NCBI GenBank assembly: GCA_022574775.1
Contig: JACZRI010000004.1
Location: forward strand, 1-59,268
Source of the DNA: Patescibacteria group bacterium
GTDB taxonomy: Bacteria > Patescibacteriota > Minisyncoccia > Minisyncoccales > RBG-13-36-15
Direction: 5' to 3'
DNA length: 59,268 nt
The notes below the pieces were generated by a model, which made no database searches, was not told where the DNA came from, and was given only the letters and a program-made list of their open reading frames with translations. The stretch's first letter is position 1. Every line of letters starts with the position of its first letter. The translations under genes were made by a program, and so were the position numbers. This document shows, piece by piece, positions 28,667 to 37,833 of this stretch.

Positions 28667-29542
28667 TCAAAATGTTTGTTTTAAGTATTGTTTAAGATTA
28701 GGTCCTATCTCCGGGTGTTTTAGCGAAAGATATAAATTTGACTTAATCCAGTCTAATTTATTTCCGCATTCTAACCATTTACCTTCAATTTCATATCCAT
28801 AAATTATTTTACCATTTTTTATCATTTCAAACAAAGCATCGGCGAATAAAATTTCCCCTTCTTGGGAAAACGGCATCATTTTTAAATAATCAAAAACTTC
28901 AGGAGTAATAATATATTTACCTACAATTGCCAGGTCAGAAGGTAGTTTTTCAAGAGAGGGTTTTTCTACAATTTCCTTGATTTTGTAAAGACGGCTTGCG
29001 ATTTTCTCAGTTTTTACCACACCGTAAGCAGAGAGTTTTTCTTGTGGAAGGCGATAAAGTGCAACAACTGGTTTTTGACAGGTTTTAAAGACAGTCATCA
29101 ACTGTGAAAGGCATGGAGTTTTTGAATCAACAACGTCGTCTGCAAATAGAATTGCGCATGACTCTCTGCCTATCTTCTTTTTTGCGAGCAATATGGCATG
29201 GCCGTCACCCAAAGGTTTTTTTTGCAAGACATAAGAAAATGAGATATCCTCAGAAAGTTCTTGCAGGCTCTTGAGCTCTGGCAAAAGATAGCTTCGTTTT
29301 TTTTCTTTCAGGATTTTTTCCAACTTGTGAGGTTTTTGGAAGTAATCCAAAATAAATTTCTTTTCTGGAGATATGACAAAAATTATTTCCTCAATGCCTG
29401 AATTTTTAGCTTCCTCGACAATATATTGAAGCACTGGTTTGTCAACTAAAGGCCAAAGTTCTTTTGGCACGATTTTGCTCAAGGGCAAAAATCTTGTCCC
29501 GAGCCCTGCTATTGGAATGATAGCTTTTTTAATATCTGACAT
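28667..29542 (-). CDS. galU: UTP--glucose-1-phosphate uridylyltransferase
   Basis: AIIPIAGLGTRFLPLSK..PKE.. nucleotidyltransferase motif, about 290 aa. Confidence 0.85.
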   Translation of the reverse strand: MSDIKKAIIPIAGLGTRFLPLSKIVPKELWPLVDKPVLQYIVEEAKNSGIEEIIFVISPEKKFILDYFQKPHKLEKILKEKKRSYLLPELKSLQELSEDISFSYVLQKKPLGDGHAILLAKKKIGRESCAILFADDVVDSKTPCLSQLMTVFKTCQKPVVALYRLPQEKLSAYGVVKTEKIASRLYKIKEIVEKPSLEKLPSDLAIVGKYIITPEVFDYLKMMPFSQEGEILFADALFEMIKNGKIIYGYEIEGKWLECGNKLDWIKSNLYLSLKHPEIGPNLKQYLKQTF

Positions 29543-29630
29543 GCCTTTTTATTTTACCATAAAGTGAAATAAAAAGAGTGGCCCAAATCGGCTTACTCTT
29601 TTTATATCAAAACTTATTTTAGAATATATT

Positions 29631-31169
29631 TTATGCCTTTTTCCTACGCAAGAAAGCTGGAACATCCCATTCAGCGTCATATTTTAAATATTCTTTTTCG
29701 GTTTTCTCGGTGTCTCTTTTAAGATCCAGGGCATTCCTTCTTGTTATAGTTTCTTTTGTTATAGTTTCTTTTGTTATAGTTTCTGCCTTGCGTTCTGGAG
29801 AAGATGTTGGATTTTTATCAGAATCTGTGTTTTCTGTTGTTTTCTTTTTTTGAACCGGCTGAATAGAAACCTTCGATTTAGGTCTCTGAGGCTTTGGTTT
29901 AATCCTTTTATTTTTACTCTCAGCTTTCCTTTTTTTTGTTTCTGGATCTGGCTGTGTGATTTTGACGATTTCTTTAATCTCTGAAATTTTTCTCCTAATC
30001 TTGTGGATGGAAATTTTAGACTTTTCTCCACAACCCACTGCCAGTAGTGTAATCTTTATTTTACCCCTATATTTTTCATTCTCTGATATCCCAAAAATAA
30101 TCTTTGCCATTCTATTGGAGTCTGCAATAGATCTGCTAATTTTTTCAACCTCGGTAATCTTTAAATCCTTACCGCCTGTGATATTAAATAGAATCTTATC
30201 TGCTCCGGTAATATTGTATTCATAAAAAGGCTTTTCCAAGATTTTCTTTGCTCCTTCTTCAGCCCTATTTTCCCCTTGAACTACAACTGTATTTAAGAAG
30301 GCTAATGCGCCTTTACCAGAAAGAATGGTTTTTAAATCTGCAAAGTCAATATTAATCAAGCCGGGAGAGAACAACATTTCAATCAATCCTTTTATGTCAT
30401 CAGCTAAAATTTTATTAACAACAGAAAAAGCCTCTCTGAGCGCTGTTTTTTGAGAAATTACTTGAAAAATCTTTTCGTTAGGAAAAATGATAACTGCATT
30501 TAGATGCGGCCTTATTTTTTCCAAAGCATTCTCCGCTATTTCTAATCTTTTGCTTCCTTCAAATGCAAAAGGAAGAGTAAATATACCCAAGGTATAATTT
30601 TTTAAATCCCTGGCTGATTCGGCAAAAATTGGAGTGGCTCCAGCCCCAGTTCCACCACCTAAACAAGAAATTAAGATTGAGAAATCCTGGTCCCGAAAGA
30701 TTTTTTTAATTCTTTCTATTTCTGCAGAAGCTGCTTTTTCGCCTTTTTCAGGATTCATTCCTGTTCCTAAGCCTTGAGTTAAGCTTCGGCCAAATTGAAA
30801 CTTCTCTATTCCTTTAGCTGATTTTTTCAAAGCCTGTACGTCGGTGTTCGCCGCTAAAAACTTTATTTTATTTAATTTCGGGGCAATTTCTGAGATAATT
30901 GAGCCTCCGCCGCCGCCAATACCAATTATCTTCATCTTGATTTTTCTTATTCGTAAATCAAGACCCTTCTCCTGGAGAGTGGGTCTTTTGACTTTCTTTG
31001 TTCTTTTTCGCTTTATTTTTATCTGCTTTTTTCGTCTTGTCTTCGGACGTGCTTTTTGTAAACTGCGAGATGCTCGTTTCTTATTTTTTTTTCTTTTACT
31101 GAATATTTTGGCAGAGCGTTTTTTCTGCGAGTGTGTTAAAGATGAACGTTTTGAGGATTTTTTTGCCAT
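29631..31169 (-). CDS. ftsZ: cell division protein FtsZ with polybasic N-terminal and long C-terminal extensions
   Basis: IIGIGGGGGS.. and the tubulin signature GGGTGAGATP. It is preceded by about 78 aa of K/R-rich sequence and followed by about 130 aa of charged tail. Confidence 0.85.
   Translation of the reverse strand: MAKKSSKRSSLTHSQKKRSAKIFSKRKKNKKRASRSLQKARPKTRRKKQIKIKRKRTKKVKRPTLQEKGLDLRIRKIKMKIIGIGGGGGSIISEIAPKLNKIKFLAANTDVQALKKSAKGIEKFQFGRSLTQGLGTGMNPEKGEKAASAEIERIKKIFRDQDFSILISCLGGGTGAGATPIFAESARDLKNYTLGIFTLPFAFEGSKRLEIAENALEKIRPHLNAVIIFPNEKIFQVISQKTALREAFSVVNKILADDIKGLIEMLFSPGLINIDFADLKTILSGKGALAFLNTVVVQGENRAEEGAKKILEKPFYEYNITGADKILFNITGGKDLKITEVEKISRSIADSNRMAKIIFGISENEKYRGKIKITLLAVGCGEKSKISIHKIRRKISEIKEIVKITQPDPETKKRKAESKNKRIKPKPQRPKSKVSIQPVQKKKTTENTDSDKNPTSSPERKAETITKETITKETITRRNALDLKRDTEKTEKEYLKYDAEWDVPAFLRRKKA
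29741..29785 (-). repeat. 3 x 15-nt tandem repeat in the ftsZ 3' end
   Basis: TTGTTATAGTTTCTT x3 (last copy ..CTG), encoding (E)TITK-ETITK-ETITR. Confidence 0.8.
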
Positions 31170-31231
31170 TACTCTAATATAGAATTTGAAGAAAGACCTG
31201 TCAACTGAAAATTACTTCACCTATATAACAA

Positions 31232-31262
31232 CAAAAAAGCGGCTCTCTGTTTTTGAACCGCT
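31232..31262 (-). terminator. intrinsic terminator
   Basis: The minus strand reads AGCGGttcaaaaacagagagCCGCTTTTTTGTT. It overlaps the stop of the Zn-ribbon ORF. Confidence 0.55.
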
Positions 31263-31431
31263 ATTTTAATGAATGTTTTGCTAACTCTCTTGCTAGTTTT
31301 ATAAGCCTTGTTTTTTCATTAAAAGCATTTGTACATTTTCGACAAGTACTGTGAGTAATTCCTCCTTCTACTTCTCCTTCTTTTTTTCCTATTTCTTTTC
31401 CGCAATCGGCACAGATAATTTTAATTGTCAT
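31261..31431 (-). CDS. 56-aa zinc-ribbon protein (CxxC..CxxC)
   Basis: Not in the ORF track (<60 aa). Translation: MTIKIICADCGKEIGKKEGEVEGGITHSTCRKCTNAFNEKTRLIKLARELAKHSLK. A terminator follows. Confidence 0.45.
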   Translation of the reverse strand: MTIKIICADCGKEIGKKEGEVEGGITHSTCRKCTNAFNEKTRLIKLARELAKHSLK

Positions 31432-31565
31432 TTTCAAATCCCTTTATGTTTTGAAGAGTCAAAATTGTTTCCTGTCCGCGTCTGGCTTATCCCTTCTTTT
31501 GTTTTCAAGGTGCTTACCTCCTTTTTATATTTTTAACATAAATTATACAGTAATGTCAAGCAAAA

Positions 31566-31600
31566 ACAAAAAACGGTTTGATATTATTACACCGTTTTTA
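31566..31600 (-). terminator. intrinsic terminator after greA
   Basis: The minus strand reads AAAAACGGTgtaataatatcaaACCGTTTTTTGTTTTT. Confidence 0.65.
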
Positions 31601-31667
31601 ATACTTATTTTAATGCTTACAAATTATCTCTAGTCGTTCAGCGCTTGTCCAAAACTGAGGACAACAA

Positions 31668-32120
31668 CTATTTAATTTCAAGAATTTTATATTCAATCTG
31701 CCCTGACGGAGTTTTAAGCATTACTTTACTGCCTTTGGTTTTGCCTAGAATAATTTTCCCCAAAGGGGATTGATAGGAAATTTTATTATTAGCAATATCT
31801 GCTTCGTTAGGATCGACAATTTGAAATTCTTCTTTTTCATTGCCAGAGTTGAGTAAAACAGTTGAACCAACCTGAATTTCTCCTTTATTATTTTCCTTAA
31901 TTAATTTAGCCGTAGAAATAATTTCTCTTAATTCTGAAATCCTGCCCTCTAAAAAACCTTGGGCTTCTTTTGCCTCGTCATAGGCTGCGTTCTCTTTAAG
32001 GTCGCCAAATGCAGCAGTATGTTTTATTCTTTTTGCAATTTCTTTTCTTTTAACATTTTTTAAATAATCCAACTCTTTTTTTAGTTTTTCCAAGCCTTCA
32101 GGCGTTAAATATCTTGTCAT
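31668..32120 (-). CDS. greA: transcription elongation factor GreA
   Basis: 150 aa. N-terminal coiled coil with ..AAFGDLKENAAYDEAKE.. and the C-terminal FKBP-like domain. Confidence 0.9.
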   Translation of the reverse strand: MTRYLTPEGLEKLKKELDYLKNVKRKEIAKRIKHTAAFGDLKENAAYDEAKEAQGFLEGRISELREIISTAKLIKENNKGEIQVGSTVLLNSGNEKEEFQIVDPNEADIANNKISYQSPLGKIILGKTKGSKVMLKTPSGQIEYKILEIK

Positions 32121-32124
32121 AAAA

Positions 32125-32730
32125 CTATTTGTCCGTTATTTTAATGCTTTCAACAATTATGTCATCAATCGGGCGGTTCGGACCTTCTGTGGTTACATTT
32201 TCAATGCTTTCAACAACATCAATTCCCTCTATTACTTTGCCAAAAACAGTATGCTTGGCGTCAAGATGATTATTATCAACAGTATTGATAAAAAATTGGC
32301 TGCCATTGGTGTTCGGTCCGGCATTAGCCATAGCAATTGTGCCTTTTACATTATGATTATTTGAATGAATCTCGTCAGAAAAGGTATAACCCGGCCCACC
32401 AGTTCCCCACTTGTCTTTAAGAGAATTGTCCTTACTGAAAGGATCGCCGCCTTGAATCATAAACCCTTTAATAACCCTGTGGAATTTTGTGCCGTCATAA
32501 AAACCGGATTCAGCAAGTTTGATGAAATTCTCTACTGTTTCAGGAGCTGCAGATGTGAATAGCTCTAACTTAATTTCACCAAAATTGGTCTGCATTATTG
32601 CAATCATATCAGCTTTAGGCGAAGTTACGATATTATTGTCCGTGGATTCTTTTCCCCCGTCTCGGGCAAGAAAAAAATAACCCCCAAAAATTAAAATAAT
32701 TAATATTAATAAAATATAAATTTTATTCAT
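32125..32730 (-). CDS. peptidyl-prolyl cis-trans isomerase, cyclophilin type, TM-anchored
   Basis: FHRVIKGFMIQGGDP.. and ..GSQFFI.. motifs. N-terminal TM helix. Confidence 0.9.
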   Translation of the reverse strand: MNKIYILLILIILIFGGYFFLARDGGKESTDNNIVTSPKADMIAIMQTNFGEIKLELFTSAAPETVENFIKLAESGFYDGTKFHRVIKGFMIQGGDPFSKDNSLKDKWGTGGPGYTFSDEIHSNNHNVKGTIAMANAGPNTNGSQFFINTVDNNHLDAKHTVFGKVIEGIDVVESIENVTTEGPNRPIDDIIVESIKITDK

Positions 32731-32739
32731 ACAAAAACA

Positions 32740-32820
32740 TTATCTTTTTCTTTTAAAGATGTTTTTGGGCAATCTTCTTTTTAATCTTTGTTTTCTTCTA
32801 GCTTTTTTACTTTTTGCCAT
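32740..32820 (-). CDS. 26-aa polybasic micro-ORF (MAKSKKARRKQRLKRRLPKNIFKRKR)
   Basis: The ATG sits 6 nt after TATAAT (leaderless pattern), with TTGATT-17-TAGAAT just upstream. The ORF ends 9 nt before the PPIase ATG. Confidence 0.35.
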   Translation of the reverse strand: MAKSKKARRKQRLKRRLPKNIFKRKR

Positions 32821-32826
32821 ATTTCT

Positions 32827-32863
32827 ATTATATTATTCTAATCTTTTTAGAAATAAAAATCAA
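32827..32863 (-). promoter_or_regulatory. promoter (TTGATT-17 nt-TAGAAT, plus TATAAT 6 nt from the ATG)
   Basis: The minus strand reads TTGATTtttatttctaaaaagatTAGAATAATATAATagaaatATG. Confidence 0.5.
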
Positions 32864-32900
32864 CTCGCCTTTAAGAAAACAAAAGATACCTGCTTGAACA

Positions 32901-32931
32901 AATAAAAGCCCTCCTAATTGGATTAAGAGGG
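32901..32931 (-). terminator. intrinsic terminator overlapping the ispG stop codon
   Basis: The minus strand reads CCCTCTTAAT-cca-ATTAGGAGGG followed by CTTTTATTT. The TAA stop lies in the 5' arm. Confidence 0.6.
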
Positions 32932-34149
32932 TTTGCTTTGAGCAAATTTTTGCCTTACGTAGTTTTCCAAAATCTTAATGAAATCTTGTACAATAGTAGG
33001 TCCACTTAGAGTAGTGTGTAGTTCTCCATCTATAAACACTGGAGCTTTTGGGTTTTCCCCGGTGCCGGGCAAAGAAATTCCAATATCTGCATATTTTGAT
33101 TCTCCCGGCCCGTTCACTACACACCCCATTACTGCAACTTTCAGGCTTTCAACCCCTGGGTATTCAGTTTTCCATCGTTTCATCTGTTGCGCGATACTCT
33201 GATTAACCTCTTCTGTCATTTCCATAAAAAATGTGCTTGTCGTACGGCCGCATCCAGGGCACGCTGAAACAGAAGGCGTAAAAGCACGTATTCCTAATGA
33301 CTGAAGAATGTGCTGGCATATACGAACTTCTGTGGCGCGATCTTCACCGGGAGCTGGAGTCAATGAAACTCGAATCGTATCCCCTATTCCTTCAGACAAC
33401 AATGTGGTAAGCGCTGCTGTTGAAGCAATAATACCTTGAAGCCCCATCCCGGCTTCAGTAAGCCCGATGTGGAGTGGGTAATCACACAAACCGGCCAGTA
33501 TCTGATTAGCTTTCACCACATCAGGAACGGAAGAAAGTTTTACGCTCAAGATAATTTTATTATGCGCTAAACCGAACTCCTCTGCCATACGTGCTGACTG
33601 TAGGGCGCTCTCAACCACTACATCCAAAAGCACCTCATGGGCATCCTTTGGCACAGGCAATCTTGCATTTTTATCCATTAATCGGGTAAGAAGGTGTTGA
33701 TCAACCGATCCCCAATTCACTCCAATGCGAACTGGTTTTTCATTTTGTATTGCAATCTCAATCATTTGTCGGAAATTAGCATTCCGCCCCATATTTCCAG
33801 GATTAATGCGGTATTTATCAAGAAAGCTGGCGCAGGATGGGAAATCACGCAAAAGGATATGCCCGTTATAGTGAAAATCACCAATAATGGGAACTTCCAC
33901 TCCGTCTCTTGCAAGTAATTCTTTAATAATGTCAACTGCAGCTGCAGCTTCTTTTGTGTTCACCGTAATGCGCACAAGTTCAGATCCTGCTTCTCCGAGT
34001 TCTTTGATTTGTTTTACTGTGGCTTCAATATCCGCAGTATCAGTATTGGTCATTGACTGAATTCGTATTGGATTTGATCCTCCAATACCAATCCCGCCAA
34101 CATCAACTGTTTGGGAAAAACGCCTTGTTGCAGAATTTTGTTCTGTCAT
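32923..34149 (-). CDS. ispG: 4-hydroxy-3-methylbut-2-enyl diphosphate synthase (GcpE)
   Basis: 408 aa with full-length IspG-like sequence (..IRIQSMTNT.., C-terminal Cys ligands ..ACPGCGRT.., ..GCVVNGPGE..). Confidence 0.9.
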   Translation of the reverse strand: MTEQNSATRRFSQTVDVGGIGIGGSNPIRIQSMTNTDTADIEATVKQIKELGEAGSELVRITVNTKEAAAAVDIIKELLARDGVEVPIIGDFHYNGHILLRDFPSCASFLDKYRINPGNMGRNANFRQMIEIAIQNEKPVRIGVNWGSVDQHLLTRLMDKNARLPVPKDAHEVLLDVVVESALQSARMAEEFGLAHNKIILSVKLSSVPDVVKANQILAGLCDYPLHIGLTEAGMGLQGIIASTAALTTLLSEGIGDTIRVSLTPAPGEDRATEVRICQHILQSLGIRAFTPSVSACPGCGRTTSTFFMEMTEEVNQSIAQQMKRWKTEYPGVESLKVAVMGCVVNGPGESKYADIGISLPGTGENPKAPVFIDGELHTTLSGPTIVQDFIKILENYVRQKFAQSKPS

Positions 34150-34221
34150 CTCTTACACCTCCGTTTTGTAAATGTCCTATTTTCACTATACAAAATTTCT
34201 AACCAAAATCAAGCTTGATGA

Positions 34222-34260
34222 AAAACAAAAAGGCGGTGAGAATGTTATCGCACCGCTTTT
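34222..34260 (-). terminator. terminator of the GCGGTG..CACCGC family
   Basis: The minus strand reads AAAAGCGGTGcgataacattctCACCGCCTTTTTGTTTTT, directly after the ispH stop. Confidence 0.7.
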
Positions 34261-34262
34261 GA

Positions 34263-35255
34263 TTAAGTTAATTCGCTTATGGTTCTTCGAATTTGTGCAA
34301 CATCAAGTCCTTTTTCCTCAGCTTTCAACACTAACTCCTCTGGGAATTTAAAAGGAGAAACATCTTCTTCAACAACTGCCAGTTCTTCGATACTGCCAGC
34401 TCCCTGTTTTTCTAAATAATCTAATACTTCTTTCACAAGCTTTTCTGGCGTTGATGCTCCTGAGGTGACCAGGACTGTTTTCACTCCTTTAAGCCAATCA
34501 ACATAGATATCGTTTGCTCGAGCTATAAGATGGGCCTCTTTTGCCCCATATGCTTTTGCAACTTCCCGTAAACGATTGCTGTTTGAACTTTCTTGCGAGC
34601 CTACAACGAGCACCAAATCTGCTTTCTTTGCAAGCTCTTTGACCGCAGCCTGGCGGTTATCAGTTGCATAACAGATATCTTTTTTTTCCAAAAGCTTTGG
34701 GAAGCGTTGTCGGAGAACTCTGGTGACATCTTCAACGTCATCTTCAGAAAGTGTTGTCTGGGTAAGCCTGACTACTCTGCTGGGATCTGGAACCTGAACA
34801 GCTTTTGCTTCTTCTGTGGTCTCAACAAATCGCCTTTGTAGTTTTGGGATACGCCCTAATACTCCCCGAGGCTCAATATGGTCGCGATGACCAACAACGA
34901 TAATAGTGTATTTTTGTTTAGCGTATTTAATGGCTTCGTTGTGAACCTTGAGAACCAACGGACAGACAGCATCAATCACTTCAATTTCTCTTGCTTCAGC
35001 AATCTCATAATCTTCAGGCGGAGATCCATGGGCCGAGAACACAGCTACTGCTCCCGAAGGAATTTCCTCTACCGTTTCAACGAAAATTACTCCTTTTTCT
35101 TGAAAATGCTGAACTATAAAGTCATTGTGCACGATCTGATGTTTCATGTAAATCGGGGGACCGTAGATTTCAAGTACAATCTCTAAAAGATCGACCGCCA
35201 TCTCCACGCCTCCGCAAAAACCACGGGGTTTAGCCACGAAAACCTCAAAAACCAT
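34263..35255 (-). CDS. ispH: 4-hydroxy-3-methylbut-2-enyl diphosphate reductase (LytB)
   Basis: 330 aa with ..GFCGGVE.., ..SAHG.., ..VVGH..H.E.. motifs. SD AAGGAGGG upstream. Confidence 0.9.
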   Translation of the reverse strand: MVFEVFVAKPRGFCGGVEMAVDLLEIVLEIYGPPIYMKHQIVHNDFIVQHFQEKGVIFVETVEEIPSGAVAVFSAHGSPPEDYEIAEAREIEVIDAVCPLVLKVHNEAIKYAKQKYTIIVVGHRDHIEPRGVLGRIPKLQRRFVETTEEAKAVQVPDPSRVVRLTQTTLSEDDVEDVTRVLRQRFPKLLEKKDICYATDNRQAAVKELAKKADLVLVVGSQESSNSNRLREVAKAYGAKEAHLIARANDIYVDWLKGVKTVLVTSGASTPEKLVKEVLDYLEKQGAGSIEELAVVEEDVSPFKFPEELVLKAEEKGLDVAQIRRTISELT

Positions 35256-35370
35256 AAAATCCCTCCTTGGAAAGTTTGACTTTCCTTGTTGATAATGTGC
35301 TACCTAACGAACTATTTTAAGATTATTATAGATATATTTTTTTGTCAAACCGCGTCTAACGTGGTCAAGC

Positions 35371-35393
35371 AAAAACCGCCTTCTTGGCGATTT
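35371..35393 (-). terminator. T-hairpin terminator (AATCGCCAAGAAGGCGGTTTTT)
   Basis: About 80 nt downstream of the typA stop. Contains the exact 17-mer ACCGCCTTCTTGGCGAT (plus strand) shared with 8 other copies. Confidence 0.7.
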
Positions 35394-35473
35394 GTTGCAA
35401 ATCTAAAGAGACCATTCAAGGCTAAGATTTAATAAAATAGATTGGGCGTAGGGGCGGTCTTTGATTATACATA

Positions 35474-37345
35474 TTATTTATTTTTGAGCGAAGCGAGAAA
35501 ACAAGGTTCTTGCGTTGAAGGCGAAAGATTCTTATTTTCTCGTTTTGCTCTTGCACGATCTGTTTCTGTAAGATATTCCTTTCGCAACCTTACACTTTCA
35601 GGGGTTATTTCTAGATATTCGTCTTTATCCATTATCTCTAACCCCGTTTCAATGGTTATAATTTGAGGATGCGTAAGGTTAATCGCTTTGTCAGCAGCAC
35701 CAGCTCGCACATTGGTGAGATGCTTGCCTTTGACTGGATTCACCGTCATTTGCCCTCCTTTTGCTGTGTTTCCAATTACCATACCCTCATACACTTCGGT
35801 GTTTTCTTTAATATACAAGGTACCTCTGGTTTGCAAGTTATCTAGTGAATAGGCCGATGCTTTGCCGGTTACCCCGGAAATAATCGACCCCACTTTTCTA
35901 TGTGTAATTTCTCCCGCGTATGGACGGTACCCAACAACCCAGCTTGTTAAAATTCCGTTTCCTTTCGTGTCTGTAATAAATTGGTTTCTGTATCCAAATA
36001 AACCGCGGCTTGGACCTTTGAACTGCATAAAAGAACGGCCTTCTTTTAACTCCATATGTACCAGTTGCGCTTTACGAGAACTTAACTTTTTAATAACTAT
36101 TCCTTGAAACTCTTCTGGCACATCTGCTATAATTTCTTCAAATGGTTCATACTTTTTGCCGTCAATTTCTTTTATAATGACCTGAGGCTGAGAAACTTGG
36201 ATCTCATACCCTTCTCTACGCATGTTTTCGATAAGAATAGCTATATGTAATTCCCCTCTTCCATATACGACAAATCGTCCGACGCTTTCGCGTGCTTGTC
36301 CTGAACTTATCGAAGGATCAAAATCTATTTTTAACCCTACGTTTACTTCGAGCTCTTTTTCTAAACGTTCTCGAAGTTGTCTACTTGTTACAAACTTTCC
36401 TTCGCGTCCAGCGAACGGAGAGTCGTTCGCTGAAAACGTAAGTTCAATAGTGGGTTCGTCTACTGTAATAGCATCTAAAAGTTTAGCTTCCGCCGAATCT
36501 GCAACAGTGTCTCCAATGTATATGTCAGACAATCCGGCAATAATAACAATATCTCCCGCTTCAGCTGTTTGTGAATCTTTTCTAACAATGCCTTCAAATG
36601 TAAATAATTTTGTCACCTTATGACTTGTAGTTTGCCCAGAATGCTTTTTTACATATACAGTATCCCCAATATCAATACTGCCGCTATACACACGAACAAT
36701 TGCAAGTCGCCCCAAAAAATTGTCATACGCCAAATTAAAAGATTGAGCGCGAAACGGCTTGTTGCTATCTTTTGAAGCTATCGGTACATGCTCTAAAATT
36801 ATATCTAATACCGGAGTAATATCTTTTGCTTTATCAGCAAGGTTGCGTTTTGCAATACCATCTCTTGCAATAGTGTATATTACTGGGAAATCGAGTTGCT
36901 CGTCGGTCGCTCCAAGCTCTGCAAACAATTCAAATACCTTGTTATGCACACGATCTGGGTTTGCTGCCGGATTATCTATTTTGTTAATTATTAGTATGGG
37001 CCTCAATCCGAGCTCCAGAGACTTTTTTAATACAAAACGAGTTTGTGGCATTGGGCCTTCTTGCGCATCCACCACCAACAAGACTGAATCAATAGAGAGC
37101 AATACTCTTTCTACCTCAGAGCCAAAATCTGCGTGCCCCGGCGTATCTACAATGTTAATTTTGGTACCTTTATACAGCACAGCAGCATTCTTTGAGTAAA
37201 TCGTAATTCCACGCTCTTTTTCAAGCGTGTTTGAGTCCATGCTTACTTCACTATCTGCGGCACCTGTTTGCCGTAAAATAGCTTCGGTAAGCGTTGTTTT
37301 CCCATGATCAATATGGGCTATAATAGCGACATTTCGAATTTCCAT
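35474..37345 (-). CDS. typA: translational GTPase TypA/BipA
   Basis: AIIAHIDHGKTTL and DTPGHADF G-motifs, with EF-G-like domains over the full length. Confidence 0.9.
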   Translation of the reverse strand: MEIRNVAIIAHIDHGKTTLTEAILRQTGAADSEVSMDSNTLEKERGITIYSKNAAVLYKGTKINIVDTPGHADFGSEVERVLLSIDSVLLVVDAQEGPMPQTRFVLKKSLELGLRPILIINKIDNPAANPDRVHNKVFELFAELGATDEQLDFPVIYTIARDGIAKRNLADKAKDITPVLDIILEHVPIASKDSNKPFRAQSFNLAYDNFLGRLAIVRVYSGSIDIGDTVYVKKHSGQTTSHKVTKLFTFEGIVRKDSQTAEAGDIVIIAGLSDIYIGDTVADSAEAKLLDAITVDEPTIELTFSANDSPFAGREGKFVTSRQLRERLEKELEVNVGLKIDFDPSISSGQARESVGRFVVYGRGELHIAILIENMRREGYEIQVSQPQVIIKEIDGKKYEPFEEIIADVPEEFQGIVIKKLSSRKAQLVHMELKEGRSFMQFKGPSRGLFGYRNQFITDTKGNGILTSWVVGYRPYAGEITHRKVGSIISGVTGKASAYSLDNLQTRGTLYIKENTEVYEGMVIGNTAKGGQMTVNPVKGKHLTNVRAGAADKAINLTHPQIITIETGLEIMDKDEYLEITPESVRLRKEYLTETDRARAKRENKNLSPSTQEPCFLASLKNK

Positions 37346-37400
37346 GTTGGCAAATTTAGCTTAATGAAGGATTTGAGCCTAAATTTATTTCGCTCGCTCG

Positions 37401-37428
37401 GAAATACAAAAGCAAGCTTTTGTATTTC
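37401..37428 (-). promoter_or_regulatory. perfect 13-bp-arm palindrome in the typA upstream region
   Basis: GAAATACAAAAGC-aa-GCTTTTGTATTTC, about 55 nt upstream of the typA ATG. It is flanked by the complementary segments TTTCGCTCG/CGAGCGAAA. Confidence 0.4.
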
Positions 37429-37597
37429 TCTTAAATTGCTCACAAATAAAAAATCTCCTCGACAATATAAAGAGATCGCGGCAGCTCCGTGAACGAGCGA
37501 AACCATAAATAGTTCTCGTAATTTTGTCTCCTTGTAAAGCTTTACTGGCGGTTTCTCGAATAGAATGTCTTTAACAGTATCATATTTGCTCCCGCTT

Positions 37598-37724
37598 GTC
37601 AACCCATTCGAGACCCCGATGGCAAGTATCGGGGCTTGCCTCAGGGTTGACACTGAACGATAAGCCCTTCGGGTTTGTTCGACTCTGAATCCCCAATGCC
37701 AAGCATTGGGGCTTGTCGTCGAAG
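37598..37724 (-). repeat. two tandem nested hairpins with compensatory substitutions
   Basis: Copy 1 (37677-37724): TTCGAC..CCCCAATGC-ttg-GCATTGGGG..GTCGAA. Copy 2 (37598-37651): GTCAACCC..CCCCGAT-acttgcc-ATCGGGG..GGGTTGAC. Both inner and outer stems differ yet stay paired. Confidence 0.6.
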
Positions 37725-37759
37725 TGTCAAGGAAGGCTTTTTCATTTGATTGCCCTACT

Positions 37760-37790
37760 AAAAAACAGTTCTCCTTAACAGAGTTGCTGT
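37760..37790 (-). terminator. terminator hairpin with GCAACTCTGT loop motif
   Basis: The minus strand reads ACAGcaactctgttaaggagaACTGTTTTTT. It is homologous to 41365-41397. Confidence 0.5.
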
Positions 37791-37815
37791 GGGTTAACCA
37801 TCTTGGCGATTTTTA

Positions 37816-37832
37816 TTACCCTACTCTGCTGC
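37816..37832 (-). repeat. solo M1 boundary module
   Basis: The minus strand reads TAA-AGCAGCAGAGTAGGGTAAT, immediately after the permease stop. This is the same block that follows genes in the 42-59 kb array. Confidence 0.6.
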
Positions 37833-37833
37833 T

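Noticed and set aside
37318-37653. 111-aa ORF between the efflux operon and typA
   Set aside because: It runs through the tandem hairpin repeat, the promoter-like box and the typA start. Its repeated peptide (LRQAPILAIG) is a by-product of the nucleotide repeat.
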